NCBI RefSeq assembly: GCF_018977255.1 | Contig: NW_024704743.1 | Span: forward strand, 39,062,001-39,126,000 | Direction of reading: 5' to 3' | Length of the DNA: 64,000 bases | DNA from: Callorhinchus milii | Lineage: Eukaryota | In this document: positions 14,148 through 25,926 of the stretch, piece after piece | Position numbering within the stretch: the stretch's first letter is position 1 | How the letters are laid out: the number at the start of each line of letters is the position of its first letter | Program-made: the position numbers and the translations under genes | Notes under the pieces: model-generated | Seen by the model: the letters and a program-made list of their open reading frames with translations, nothing else | Databases searched by the model: none | Told to the model about the DNA's origin: nothing

Positions 14148-14679
14148 ATGTAGAAAGCTCTCCTCAGCCTTTCCTTTCCCACTAACACTACCAACTAAGC
14201 CCAGATCACAACACAATTCAATTGATTACCACTTCACTGATAAAATCCTCCCACACTTGGCTTCAGCATAAGCATTGACATTGGCTAAGGAAAATAGCAA
14301 TTGTTTCTCCACAGACTTGCCAATGTGGTGTGGGGGAAAATGTACATGCATGTATATATCTTGATTAAAAAGTAGTTATGAATAGTGAAGTGTACTTTAG
14401 GATGGGTCTGTAACACTATTTTAACATAGGGACGTTTGTAGAAACCTCTCTCAATTAAGCTTAAAACCTAAATCAATTACTTTTGCATCTGGAATACTTT
14501 GTTACAGTTTGGTTTTTATGCCTGTTCATTGCAGCTGTTCTATCAGGCAGTACTGCATACTGCATGCTCAACTTGAGCTTACTGCTTACTGCAGGCTCCT
14601 CCGAGCCTTGTCAGATTGTACATTACCAATATATTTCCAGCTGTTTTTAAAGCTGACTGCTCCAATGTTACATAAAAGT

Positions 14680-14895
14680 TACACAGAGTGATATGGCATA
14701 AGGAACAGGTCTGTACTGGTCTGTACTGATGTTTATTCTCCACATAAGCCCCTACCCCTCCTACACCCCTCTAATCCCTTTTCCCTCATGAATACATCAA
14801 ATTTTCTCTTAAATGCATTGATGCCATTTTCATTGACCATAGGTTCCATGTTCTCACCACTCTCTGTGTAAAGAAGTTCCTTCTAATCTCCTTCA
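14680..14895 (-). mobile_element. CR1 LINE 3' remnant
   Basis: The reverse complement aggaacttctttacacagagagtggtgagaacatgg encodes RNFFTQRVVRTW, the CR1 ORF2 C-terminal motif. Confidence 0.75.
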
Positions 14896-15759
14896 TGTTT
14901 CTTCTCAAAGTACTGCAGTCAGAGCAACTTTTGAAACTACAGAGACAGTTCACCACAGATTTTTATTCCCTATCAGGGAAGGATAGGGAGAAACATCTTG
15001 GCTGGTCAGAACATGGTTGACGCTCATGATGATAAATAGTTTTTGCCATAACCAGTTCATTTGTATTTCCATGAAAAATGCAGGTCTTTGTAGTGACTCA
15101 ATGGCACTAATATTAAGCATTGGGCTCGGCTATCCTTTTGATTTTGAAACGTCGAGGCACACATTAGTCACAAAAGCAAAATGATTAATAGAATGTTAAC
15201 TTTAAATTGGTTGACCAAGATACTGGTGGTGTACTGAATTGTGGACTGAGAGAAACAAGAGAAAAGTGCCCAGTAGGGGGAAGTATGAGTTGATTCAACA
15301 CAAGATGTATCAGAAGTCAGTTATTCATTGAAAGCCAAGCTTTTATCCTATATATTCACTCCCACACCTCCATTAGCTCTCAATCTCCAAACAATTGACT
15401 TTTAGGATCCTCATACTTACCTTGAAATGCCTCCACAGCCTTGCCCTACTCAACTTCAAGATATCACTCCGCCACTCATCACCTCCACTAACTCTGGCAT
15501 GCTTCATGACTCCCCACTGGAATACATAGTCTAAGCTGACACTACAATGCAGTGCTGAGGGTGTGCTGCATTGTCGGAGGTGCCGTCCTTCAGATGTCCA
15601 GGCCAACAAATCTCCCAGTAAAAAAATGATTGGTCACTTCATGGCTGATTGAGGGACATTACTGTGTTTAAATTGGCTGCTGTATTCGCCCACAAAATAC
15701 ACAGTCAATAGATGTTACGGTATAGTGGGAAATAAATAATAATTTGATCACTTTATATT

Positions 15760-16048
15760 ATAAAATGAATTGACTATATATTTTGTGAGAGAAATATAGC
15801 AGCCAATTCCACACAGCAGCATCCCACAAACAGTCCTGGATTGAGTGATCAAATTTTTTTTGAAGGGATTTCTACCCCTAGAAAAGTGATACACCAATCA
15901 ACTAACAATTGGGTTCCTACTTACTGCTAGGTGAACAGAGGTGTGTGGAGTAAGGAAACTTACCCAACGTTTCAACCTGCTGGGAATTGCACCCAGGTCC
16001 TCTCACTTGCAAGGCAAGTGCTCTAACCACTGAGCTACACGACTCCAC
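15760..16048 (-). mobile_element. Older long-subfamily SINE, tail degraded or missing
   Basis: The head ends at gactccac (16048) and the extra internal segment is present. Confidence 0.8.
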
Positions 16049-17644
16049 TGAGAATGAATGGATTCGGGCCAAATGGCCTTATACTGTTTTGTAAATTTCT
16101 ATGGTTCTATATATACTGAATCTCACATTAGTCATATTAGTTGGGACCATACATTTAATATGACTTATGCAAAGTATGTAAACTCTTGAACGGGCAGATG
16201 TACGATTTAGGCGATTATAGGATTTATACAGATCAGATCTATACGAGTTTTACTGTAACTGCAAGGAGCTACAAGAACACACCTATTGTTTTTAAACCCA
16301 TACAAAATCTGATGTACCATATTTTGAGTGCAGCTGGTGGGATGCCAGGAGAGAAAAGGAAGACGTCAGTGATAATCCCATTTCCATTTACTGAATTTTT
16401 AATCTTGTTTATGTAGTAAATTATCCTGCAAGATGTTACCACATTTGTAAACTGACCAATGCAGTAGATATCAAATCCTTTACCCAATCAACATTCCTGA
16501 GGGTTAACATCGGGATGCATAAACACAATCACTCAAAATGTGAAATCCCTTTAAAAACCAGAATAGGGGTGGGGGGAAATTGCTATTTTAGTGACTGACA
16601 TGTGAAGTACAGCACAATGGGAACAACTTGGTGAGTAAGTTTTGGATACATTTTTGAACAAAGACAGAATTGTGGCTTTGTTTCTATTAAGAAATTCCCT
16701 AGCCAATCAGCCAGATTCATTTTGTATTTTGTATTAATTCCTGTGAACACTCATTACAAAAGATGAATAAAAAAAGCTTAATTCTGTAGAATCGTCAATA
16801 CCTCTAAAATTCTGTAGAAATGTGGAGATCAAGTGTCAAGCAATTCACGTTGAAGCAGATATATTTTATACACTATTCTAGGCGATGTTTACAGTGGTCG
16901 ATTTGGATTCATGTGTTATTGTACCTTTTTGTTGCTTTATCACAGATTCATATATCACACATACCTTCCTTCATGCTAAACTCCCCCAAAATCAAACATT
17001 CTAGCACCTTGGGACGTCTTCCCGACACAAAAGGTGCTACATAATTGTAAATTTGCATTGTATCCTGCTTGATATATATTGATGATGAATCTTCTTGCGC
17101 AACATTCTAGGATTCTACAAAAAAAGTTTTGCTTGATTGGAATTTCATGGGTTAATGAGAGATGTAGAAACCAGACATCCAGCAAGTAACAACTTGTAGG
17201 TTGCCTCTCAGTCAGTGGGTGTGCTTGCTTGCACAAATCCATTATTCCAGTTAATGCAATATTTTGGCATCAGCCCTTCGTTTCCACTAGAGGAGCAGGA
17301 ATCAGCAAAATTGCAACACAACCAAATAACTCTACGGTTTAGTCATCGAAAACACATTCAAGTGCACAGTTCTGTCATAATTCTACTTGCACCCATAACT
17401 GCTGATGTTTCATTTTTTTCAGTAAGCACGAACAAGCTCAGCAATAGTTCATTTTAAGACTCATCAATCTGTCATATGTGGTCTAGTTTTGAAAACGTTG
17501 GCTAACTTTTGTCAAATCTTTCAACACTGGCTCCTCGCATTCTTAAACAAGTAAATAATGTACTGTATTACCATTGACCAATACCACTTCTAAACTCTGG
17601 GCAAAAGCAGGGCCTCTAGAGAGACACACATTGTTAGAATGGTT

Positions 17645-18070
17645 AGGTTCCTCTGGCTCCTCATCACCGAACAGATCCACTTCAAGATCCTCACACCCGT
17701 GTTCAAATCCCTTCACTCCCTGGCACCTCTCTACCTCTCCAACCTCCTCACTCACCAATCCACCATCCGGCCCCTCCACTCGACTGTCACCGGCCTCCTG
17801 CTTGTCCCTCGCACCCTCCGCCCCACCATTGGGGATCGCGCTTTTAGCCACTACGCCCCGAAACTCTGGAACACTCTCCTCAATCCCTCCACCCTGACCC
17901 CTCTCTCCCCTTTTTCAAATCCTGCCTGAATACCGTCCTTTTTGACCGTGCTTACGGTCACCTCCCCCCTCCCCCCATCATCGACTTGGAGTCAGGCTCC
18001 GCCCCTGTTAAGCGTTCTGAGATGCTACCCTGCATGGAGGGCGCTATATAAGTGCAAGTCATTGTTGTTG
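17645..18070 (+). mobile_element. 5'-truncated L2, second subfamily (tail gagatgctaccctgcatggagggcgctatataag)
   Basis: ORF 17639 contains FKILT..FKSLHSLAPLYLSNLL..PTIGDRAFSHYAPKLWNTL. Confidence 0.88.
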
Positions 18071-19709
18071 TAGAATATGCAATCTTATGAAAGAGAAGCT
18101 TTTTGCTCATCATTTTGTTTATTGTAATTTTAATCTTCAAAACAAGTCCTTGGTGGCACCGAGGCAAAGCAGTGTCCAAGTTAAAGATTCAGACAATCCC
18201 ATTATTATCCGGTCGCCTGGGTCCAATATCTGGATTTATTTACAATAAATGCGAATTTGTATCGTATCTCAGAGGCTGTTATAAAGAAGCGTGAAACAAT
18301 CAAGTTAGCTATGCTTTAGTATTGGAAGCTGGCTTGAAATCACTGTTGAAACCAAGTGTAATTATAGCTTCCTGTTCAGTGCAAGCCCGCAGTAAACTCA
18401 CTCTCTCAGCAAACCTGCACTCAAACAACATGTGTTCCAATGAGGCTGCCCTGTGCATGTTAATACTGTAAATGTGCTCCAAAAACAACGATGATCCTTT
18501 TGGTTTAAAAGCGTTTTTTCTGTTGGGACGGCAGATTGAAAGCACAGTTTTGGTAATGAGCAGATGAGACAGGCCATGAAGTACAGATGTGATCCCTGCT
18601 GACTGAATGAAAGTGTTATGTAGGAAATATGAAATCCCTGTCACCCACGACAGAGTGCTACAGAAACCACAAACACCGCAACTCATTCTTCACAGGTGGA
18701 ATTTATAAACAAGGAAAGGTTCACCTTCACGGGCTAAATGCACTGACGAATAAGTATGTGCTGTTTATCTTTAAACTTCTAACTGCAGCTGAATGACTTG
18801 TTTTTTGTTTCTTGTCCTCACTGACGTATTCTATCCTTATTCTGAACCTCAAACATTCTGATTTTGTCTTTCTCTTCAATAGTCTAATGTCATTTTGTAC
18901 TTAGCTGGAGGCAGCTTTACACCGATACCAATGCACATCTGATAGCAGCCTGGTGGCACAACACAGCAGAGAGCGCTGCTTTAAGATAAAGCACATCCTG
19001 TCTGAACCAACCATGTGTTGGTTCCAGTAATGACATAATTGCAGTCATCCTAGGTATTTAAATAGATCCAGCCCCTTAGACCAGTAGCTAACTTGGACTT
19101 TTAGGCTGACTAAGGAAGCTTCACATCACAATCACCCACACGTGCACAGAGCTCACATTGCCATTGTGCATATGCCCTACACAACATATACAGCAGCCTA
19201 AACCCATGATTTCTAAAAGTCAATTAAAAGAAATGGGAAATCCTAATCAAAAGTGATCAATTGGCCAATATACACATGTTTAATGAATAAAATGACTCAT
19301 CAACCAGGTCTCTGCAATATGGCCCTTACTGTGATCCTTGTTCTTCAATGGAAGACTGAAGCGTCACATGCTTTGAGGTGGGCCAGACCATGTCTGGGAG
19401 CATTGTAGTTACTGCATGAAATCATCATCAGTCACATATTATTGCAGACATTTACTAATTCCTGCCCTTTCCAAGGAATGTAACACATTGTATTCCCAAA
19501 CATGGTTTACTGTGACGAGATTCTCTCCCCACTTCCAAACCACCAAATGGCTTCATTCAAAACTACATTTATTTTTCACTTTGCCAGATTCTCCATCCCA
19601 ACATGCTCAGCACTAGCTTAAACATATTGTGTTCGGTACCTGCACTGAACAGGCAAAGTAACAGGAAACCATCCAAGTGTCAACATATCCTTACAATACT
19701 TCCTATTGA

Positions 19710-20080
19710 TTTTCCAACCGACTCACCTACAAATCCCTTCAGACTCAAGCATCTTTCTACCTCTCTGACCTGTTCATACCCCATTCATCTACCTGCCCTT
19801 TCACTTGTCCAGCTAGGCTCTTCTAGACGTCCCTTGATCCCTCCACTCTACCACCGGTGGCTGTGTTATTAGACACTATGCCCTGACCCTCTGGTGTTCT
19901 CTGCTTCAATCCCTGCACCTTGTCCCCTCTTTGCCCATCTTCAGATTGCACTTGAAGACTTTCCTTTCTGATTGTACCAACCTTCCCTTTCTCCCAGGCT
20001 CGGGGTCAAGCCACACCACTTTTAACCGCTCTGAGTCACTTCGCTGAGTGAAGAACGCAATATAAATATAATCTGTTGTG
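19710..20080 (+). mobile_element. Degraded L2 3' fragment
   Basis: C-rich sequence homologous to the other L2 ends, finishing in a tail-like motif. Confidence 0.65.
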
Positions 20081-20539
20081 GTATTATGGCTCATTGACAT
20101 GGCAGGCAGTGATCATGGTATTGTAATGAGGCACATTGGAGTAGTCTCCAGCCAATTTATAAACATAACTAAACAGATCCCAACAAACAACAATCAGGCA
20201 AAAATGCAGAGGGTCATGAAAACCTGGTTTTGTTTGGCTGCCTGCTCAGCGACCTTCAAATTTCATGTGAGACAATAGATTGTTCTTCCAACCATGTTAT
20301 CTTTAATCTAACTTCCTCCAACATTTGTTTACCAGCAGAATCAGCATGCTGAGACAAGCAATGCTGAGTTTCCTGGTTTAACGTGGAGAGATTAATCAGA
20401 GCTCACCTATGGCACCAATATACTAATCCGGTGTCAGGGCTGTTGATTGATTCATTGATTGATTAATGGAAAAATCTGTCCAACAAGATCAGTTGTCAAC
20501 AAATCAACAACTGATTTTTTCCCACAGAAGTTGTGCGAA

Positions 20540-20840
20540 TTCCAGTCCTGTGTGGAGAATTGCATATTCGGAAGCACCATCTTTTAGATAGCATGATAAA
20601 CAGGTCTTGTCTGCCCATTCAGGTGGACGTTAAAGATTCCATTGTGCTATCCAACAGGAAAAAAGGGTTTCTATCACTCTCCTGGCCAAATTGATAATTT
20701 ACTTTGTGGCTGATTGTGGGTAATTGCTGATGTAAATAGCTGCCACATTTATCCACAAAATCTGTCAAACACTCAAAAGCGAATACTTGCAGTGTACTTT
20801 GAGATATTTTAATGTGGTAAGGTGCTATAAAAATGTTTTC
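20540..20840 (+). mobile_element. Ancient Deu-domain SINE fragment
   Basis: gtctgcccattcaggtggacgttaaagattcc..tcctggccaa followed by a degraded tail. Confidence 0.68.
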
Positions 20841-21411
20841 ACCTAAATGTATGTTCGCAAATCTACCAACAATCTAAGAGCTAAAATAGTCAATTAAAAT
20901 ACAATGTGCATTGTAAGTTTCTTGTAACAACTGATGCATATCTGTTGAACAAAGAGGATTTCAAGTAACATTATTATACCAAATGATAATGTAGGAATTG
21001 CAGGAATTTATTGCTTTAAAATAATCTAAAGGCAGAGGAATGCATTTCTTTCCTTCCGTATATACATCCTGCAGATATAAATGAATACAACAGTAAAAAA
21101 AAGGTCATGGATAATTCAACAGGAAATGTTCATTTTACATTTTTGGTAAAGATTACAAGTCCTGGGACAAAGACTCACTTCAGCTCATCTCCTCCTGAAT
21201 CCAAGTCACAGAAGGCAAACAATTCTTTAAGATTTAAAAAAATATTCTGTGCACAATGTTCAGATGAGGGACATAAACACCAGCCAACAGTATAAGTCCA
21301 ATTTATTCTTTAACGAAGGAAACACAAACAAGTTTAAAAGGCCTTCCTTATGTTGAGGTAATCCAAGGTCAGTCATTGTGCATTCTCTGTACAGAATACA
21401 GTATGTGGAGC

Positions 21412-21910
21412 AACATCAACAAAATTACATTTATAGAGCGCCTTTCACGTCGGGAGGACGTCCCAAAGCGCTGAACAGTCAGGTGTCGGGGCCCGAGCAT
21501 GGGGGAGGGTTGGTGTAGAGGTGAGGGAAGGTGGAGAGGTGGGAGGGAGACCAAAGGCACGGTCGAAGAGAAGGGTCTTGAGACCGGCCTTGAAGGAGGC
21601 AAGGGAGGAAGCGAGGCGAAGGGACCGTGGGATGGAGTTCCAGAGTGTGGGGGTAGAGAGGCTGAAAGTCCGGCCACCAATGGTAGGGCGGGTCAGGCGG
21701 GAGACATGGAGCAGACCGGAGCCCGCTGAACGGAGGGAGCGGGCAGGTTGGTAGGGAGTCAGTAGGTCAGAGAGGTAGGAGGGGGCAAGGCCGCGGATGG
21801 CCTTAAAGGTGAGGGCGAGTATTTTGAACTCAATCCTCTGGGGGATGGGAAGCCAGTGGTGTCGGGCGAGGGTGGGAGTGATGGGGTCATGGAGCCTGGT
21901 GCGTGAGAGT
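21412..21910 (-). mobile_element. 5'-truncated young L2 LINE (ORF2 C-terminus plus 3' tail)
   Basis: The translation HDPITPTLARHHWLPIPQRIEFKILALTFKA..GLAPSYLSDLL..RSLRS..GGRTFS..PTLWNSIP..FKAGLKTLLF is the typical L2-clade ORF2 end. CpG-rich, with a (TTG)-like tail. Confidence 0.92.
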
Positions 21911-22085
21911 TGATGATATAAGAAAAAGCTTTTCAACAGCGCGTTATTGGGTACAAAAAGCTCCTTGAAGCTCTTTGAGATGTTCTTGCTATGGGACACT
22001 ACCCTAAGTGAGGGGTATATATTAAGTAAGTTTTTGTCATTGTTGTTCTCCTTATGTGAAAGGTGCTTCATCAAATACAAGGATG

Positions 22086-22122
22086 ATTATTATTATTATC
22101 ATCATCATCATCATCATCATCA
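22086..22122. repeat. (ATT)n(ATC)n microsatellite grown from a SINE tail
   Basis: Follows atcaaatacaagg, the end motif of the SINE. Confidence 0.85.
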
Positions 22123-23329
22123 GTGAATTGAGAATTTCCATCCAGTCTTGGGAAGGTCATCTGCTTCCAAATGAGGTATTTGTATTATTTCTAGGTTAAT
22201 ACAAAAGATGAAACTATTGTCCCAATATTTAAGATCGTACAATTAAAAATTTTTTAAACCTCTCTTAATTTGGAAGTTTTTTCCAAAAAACTGGAAAACT
22301 GGCTTCCTAAGTTAAAACTGGATTTAAACATCTTACACGATTTTAACATGAACATTGAATACAAAATGATCCTATTACAGGGAACAACAACAACAAGATT
22401 ACATTTGTATTGGGCTATCAGGTTGCTGAGACATCACCTCCTGTGTCCTGGCCACCAGAAGTGACATAAGCAACATTTCCTGCAGGAAGTGGCAATTGGA
22501 CAACCCAGAACGTCAGCCATATTTTAGTGCAGGAAGCCAGCTAGTCAATCACAGTCCTGCACTGTAGGTGGAGTAGTGCCGGATAGAAGAGTGCTGTAAT
22601 GGGGTTTCCCTATTGGTGATATTGCCTGCCTCTGTTAAGTAGATTATGGTGCTGTGCAATTGTATAGGAGAGGTGTGTGGGAAGCTATAAATCAGTTGAA
22701 GGAAGCCATAAACAATTGGTTTTCAGCTACTTTGTCCCCGCTAACTGGAACTCTCTCCCAAAATCCCTCCACCTCACATCGTCCCTTTTCACTTTCAAGA
22801 GCCTTCTAGAAACCTACACCTTCGCAAGCATATTCAGTCACTCTCCACCTATCCCCACCCTTCTCTGTTCAGTGAAGCTATTCAAAGATATTATCCTATG
22901 TGAAATATGTTATATGAGGGCAAGCTGTGTTGTAATGCATTGCAACATTTTCAATAGGGTGAATGGAGAGATTGGCCATGAGGAGTAATGACCTGGACAA
23001 TAGAAAAGTGTGGACATTTTTGCAAACAAAATTGCGGAGCACTTTACAAATCCTGTGGGAGATTGCAGAGGCCTTTGCTAAATTTTGTGGAGATATTGTG
23101 GATATTGATTGGTGCTATTGAGGTATATTTTACTGCTACATTTTTTCACTTTATTGATCAAAACTAAAAGTAAGGAAATAACACATATTAGATTGTTGGA
23201 AAAAAAATTATTAATTGCTTCTTTAACAAAAACTGGGTTGTCATTTTTTGTGAAGGAGTGGGGGTGGGGGGGAACTCCTGTAGGGGGGCTACAGGAGTTC
23301 ACCACCTCCTGCCTCTCGGGGCAGGCACC

Positions 23330-23720
23330 ACACACAGAGATCCATAGAGAGAGACACACATTCAGAGACCCAGAGAGAGAGGCAGACACACACACACTCA
23401 GAGACACACAACCGCCCACACAGACACAGAGGGAGACACACACACACACTCAGACCAGAGAAAGACATACAAATACACTCACAGACACAGAGAGATACTC
23501 ACATTCTGAGAGACACAGAGAAAGACACACACTCTCAGAGACACAGAGAGAGATACACACACTGGGACACAGAGAAAGACACACACTCTCAAAGACACAG
23601 AGAGAGACACACACATTCAGAGACACAGAGATAGAGATACACACACTCACATACACAGAGACACACACGCTCACACTCAGAGACAAACACATACACAGAG
23701 AGAGAGAGAGACACACTCAC
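23330..23720. repeat. Compound (CA)/(GA) micro/minisatellite
   Basis: Repeated units like cacacactcagagacacagagagaga over about 390 bp. Confidence 0.92.
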
Positions 23721-25162
23721 AATTTAGTTATGGAGACGACAAGTAGATGAATAAGCCCATTGCACTATATTGCCGGTTGCTAGAGATCACATTCTTGATA
23801 CCAAACGTGTTGCGCACATCCACGTGCCAGCTCAATAGTGTACAACATATACATTCCCAGAACATGTAGGATCAAACGAATGAGATTGTTGGCTGATTCA
23901 TTGAGAAGCCTGAGAATTTATCGTTCCAAGGACACTTACCCTGGTAAGACCTGCACTCCCTGTCACACCAAGCTGAATTTGCATTTCTCGTACAGCAGTC
24001 ACGAGCTGTAATGGATTTGCTATGGATCATCCATCAGAAAACTTTCATGGTTTAAGTGTTCTCAGTATGGATACCCAGGGCCACCCTGAAGAGCTTTGAC
24101 CACCTGATTAACCAATGTCTTTAGAATGGCAGGCATTTTGAACCATACTTGGCTGGTTATATCTTAGCAGAGAGCATGTTTTTGGAAGTATCACACATGC
24201 ATGATGATGAAACTGCGTGCTGTATCTCATTGGAGAAGGAGAGAACTTTCTAAAATGTATACCACTATTGGCTGAATTTCTGCATTCTCTAAGTATAGGG
24301 GAGGGGGTATAGAAAACATAGCGAGTCCAACAATATAGAAACATAAGCAGATAGGAACAGAAGGAGTCAATTCAGTCAATTGAACCTGCTACACCATTTC
24401 ATTAGATAATGGCTCATCTACAGCCTAATAATAAATAATAATCCTTGCATTTAATATAGCAACTTTCACTTAGGGAGGATGTCTCAATGTACTTCACAGC
24501 ATATACTGTAAGGTGGACTGTTTGTTTTGTGGGTGAATGCGGCAGCCAATTTGCACAAAGCACCGTTTTCCTGCCCTTTCACCATATCACTTGATACCTC
24601 TGATTGTCTCTGCTTTAAGACTAATCTGATATTATGAAATGTATCACTTCATTTGACTTCACTGTACTTTTTTTAATGGAGTGTCCATTCTAACAATTAA
24701 TCCCCTGAATTTCCATGTGTAGATGGGACGCAATTAAATCTCAGTTTGATTTGGATACTCTTAAGAATGGTGATGGATTTCTGCATCTGTCAATGGAGTC
24801 ATTAATTTAGGAAAAAACCTTTGAGTCATTAAGTCTGTCATGTCATTTAAATGGATGTCAGGGAACTACCAACATCTCATATGCTGTTTCTCTCCTGACT
24901 ATCCTGACTTATATTTCCTCCTAATTCATCTAAATGAACTCGACTCATCCGATTGATGTTTATAGGATGCTGCTGGTGGAACTTAGCTGCCACGTTTGCC
25001 TACAGAACACTCACCTCATTTTGAATTAATCTCATTGTGTGTTGCACTTTGAGACGTTTCTTTTATGTAAAAGACTCTGTAATAAATGAAAGTTTTTGTG
25101 GTCGTAAAAAATGCTGGGAAAGAATTCAGGGGATATCAACAAAATCTTTGTACCCTGAATGT

Positions 25163-25188
25163 TATATATATATATATATATATATATA
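25163..25188. repeat. (TA)n microsatellite
   Basis: Directly visible. Confidence 0.95.
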
Positions 25189-25609
25189 TGGAGAGGTGAT
25201 GCTGGATATATAACATTCAGGGTTCAAAGAAATATGGATCTATACCAGTGAGTTGCTGATCTCAGCTACAATTGTGCCATAAGGAGTTTCTGAATAAAGC
25301 CAAGCATCTCCCCAGGGGAAGAGGAAAGAAGGCGGAGAAAGAATGAAGGTCTTACAGATTCACACGGCCTTGCTCCCAGACTATCTGACCCACTTGGCTG
25401 GGTTACTGTCCTGCTGTTTACCAATAGTCACCTCATAGTCTTCATATCAGGTTTCCTAAGTGTAACTTAAACGTTCCAACCATTCAATTACAATGCAGCT
25501 TTCAAGCTCAGGGAGGAAGAAAGGAAAGGCCCCCTCTGAGTGATAGGATAAAGTGCTGCTTTGAGGTTATGCATCACTTGTTGGTAAATCCCTTCTTTCT
25601 CTTAGGATA

Positions 25610-25926
25610 GTGGAGTCCTGTAGCTCAGTGGTTAGAGCACTCGCTTTGCAAGCGAGAGACCTGAGTTCAATTCCAGGCAGGGCGAAACCTTGGGCAAGTT
25701 TCCTTACTCCACACAGAGCCTAATAATAATCCCTCCAAAACCAAAAACAATAATAAATTGGTCATTTTCAATCTACGACTGTTTGTGGGACATTGCTGTG
25801 CGCAATTGGCAGCCGCGTTCGCCCATAAATATAGTCAATTCACTTTACAATGTGTTCTGTGAAGCGCTTTGGGACGTCCTCCTGACGTGAAAAGCGCTAT
25901 ATCAAATGCAAGGATTAATTAATTAA
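25610..25926 (+). mobile_element. Full-length young tRNA(Ala-like)-derived SINE
   Basis: A box tagctcagtgg, anticodon-like loop ttTGCaa, B box gagttcaattcc, conserved body and tail ...atcaaatgcaaggatta. Confidence 0.92.

Noticed and set aside
21445..22080. 211-aa ORF as a gene
   Set aside because: Only the part below about 21910 is L2 ORF2 end; the N-terminal part is chance read-through from flanking DNA with a TTG start.
23078..23750. 213-aa ORF and overlapping antisense ORFs
   Set aside because: They are products of the stop-poor CA/GA microsatellite, with low-complexity translations.
25610..25685. tRNA-Ala(TGC) gene
   Set aside because: It is the head of a multi-copy SINE and continues directly into the SINE body; the acceptor stem is imperfect.
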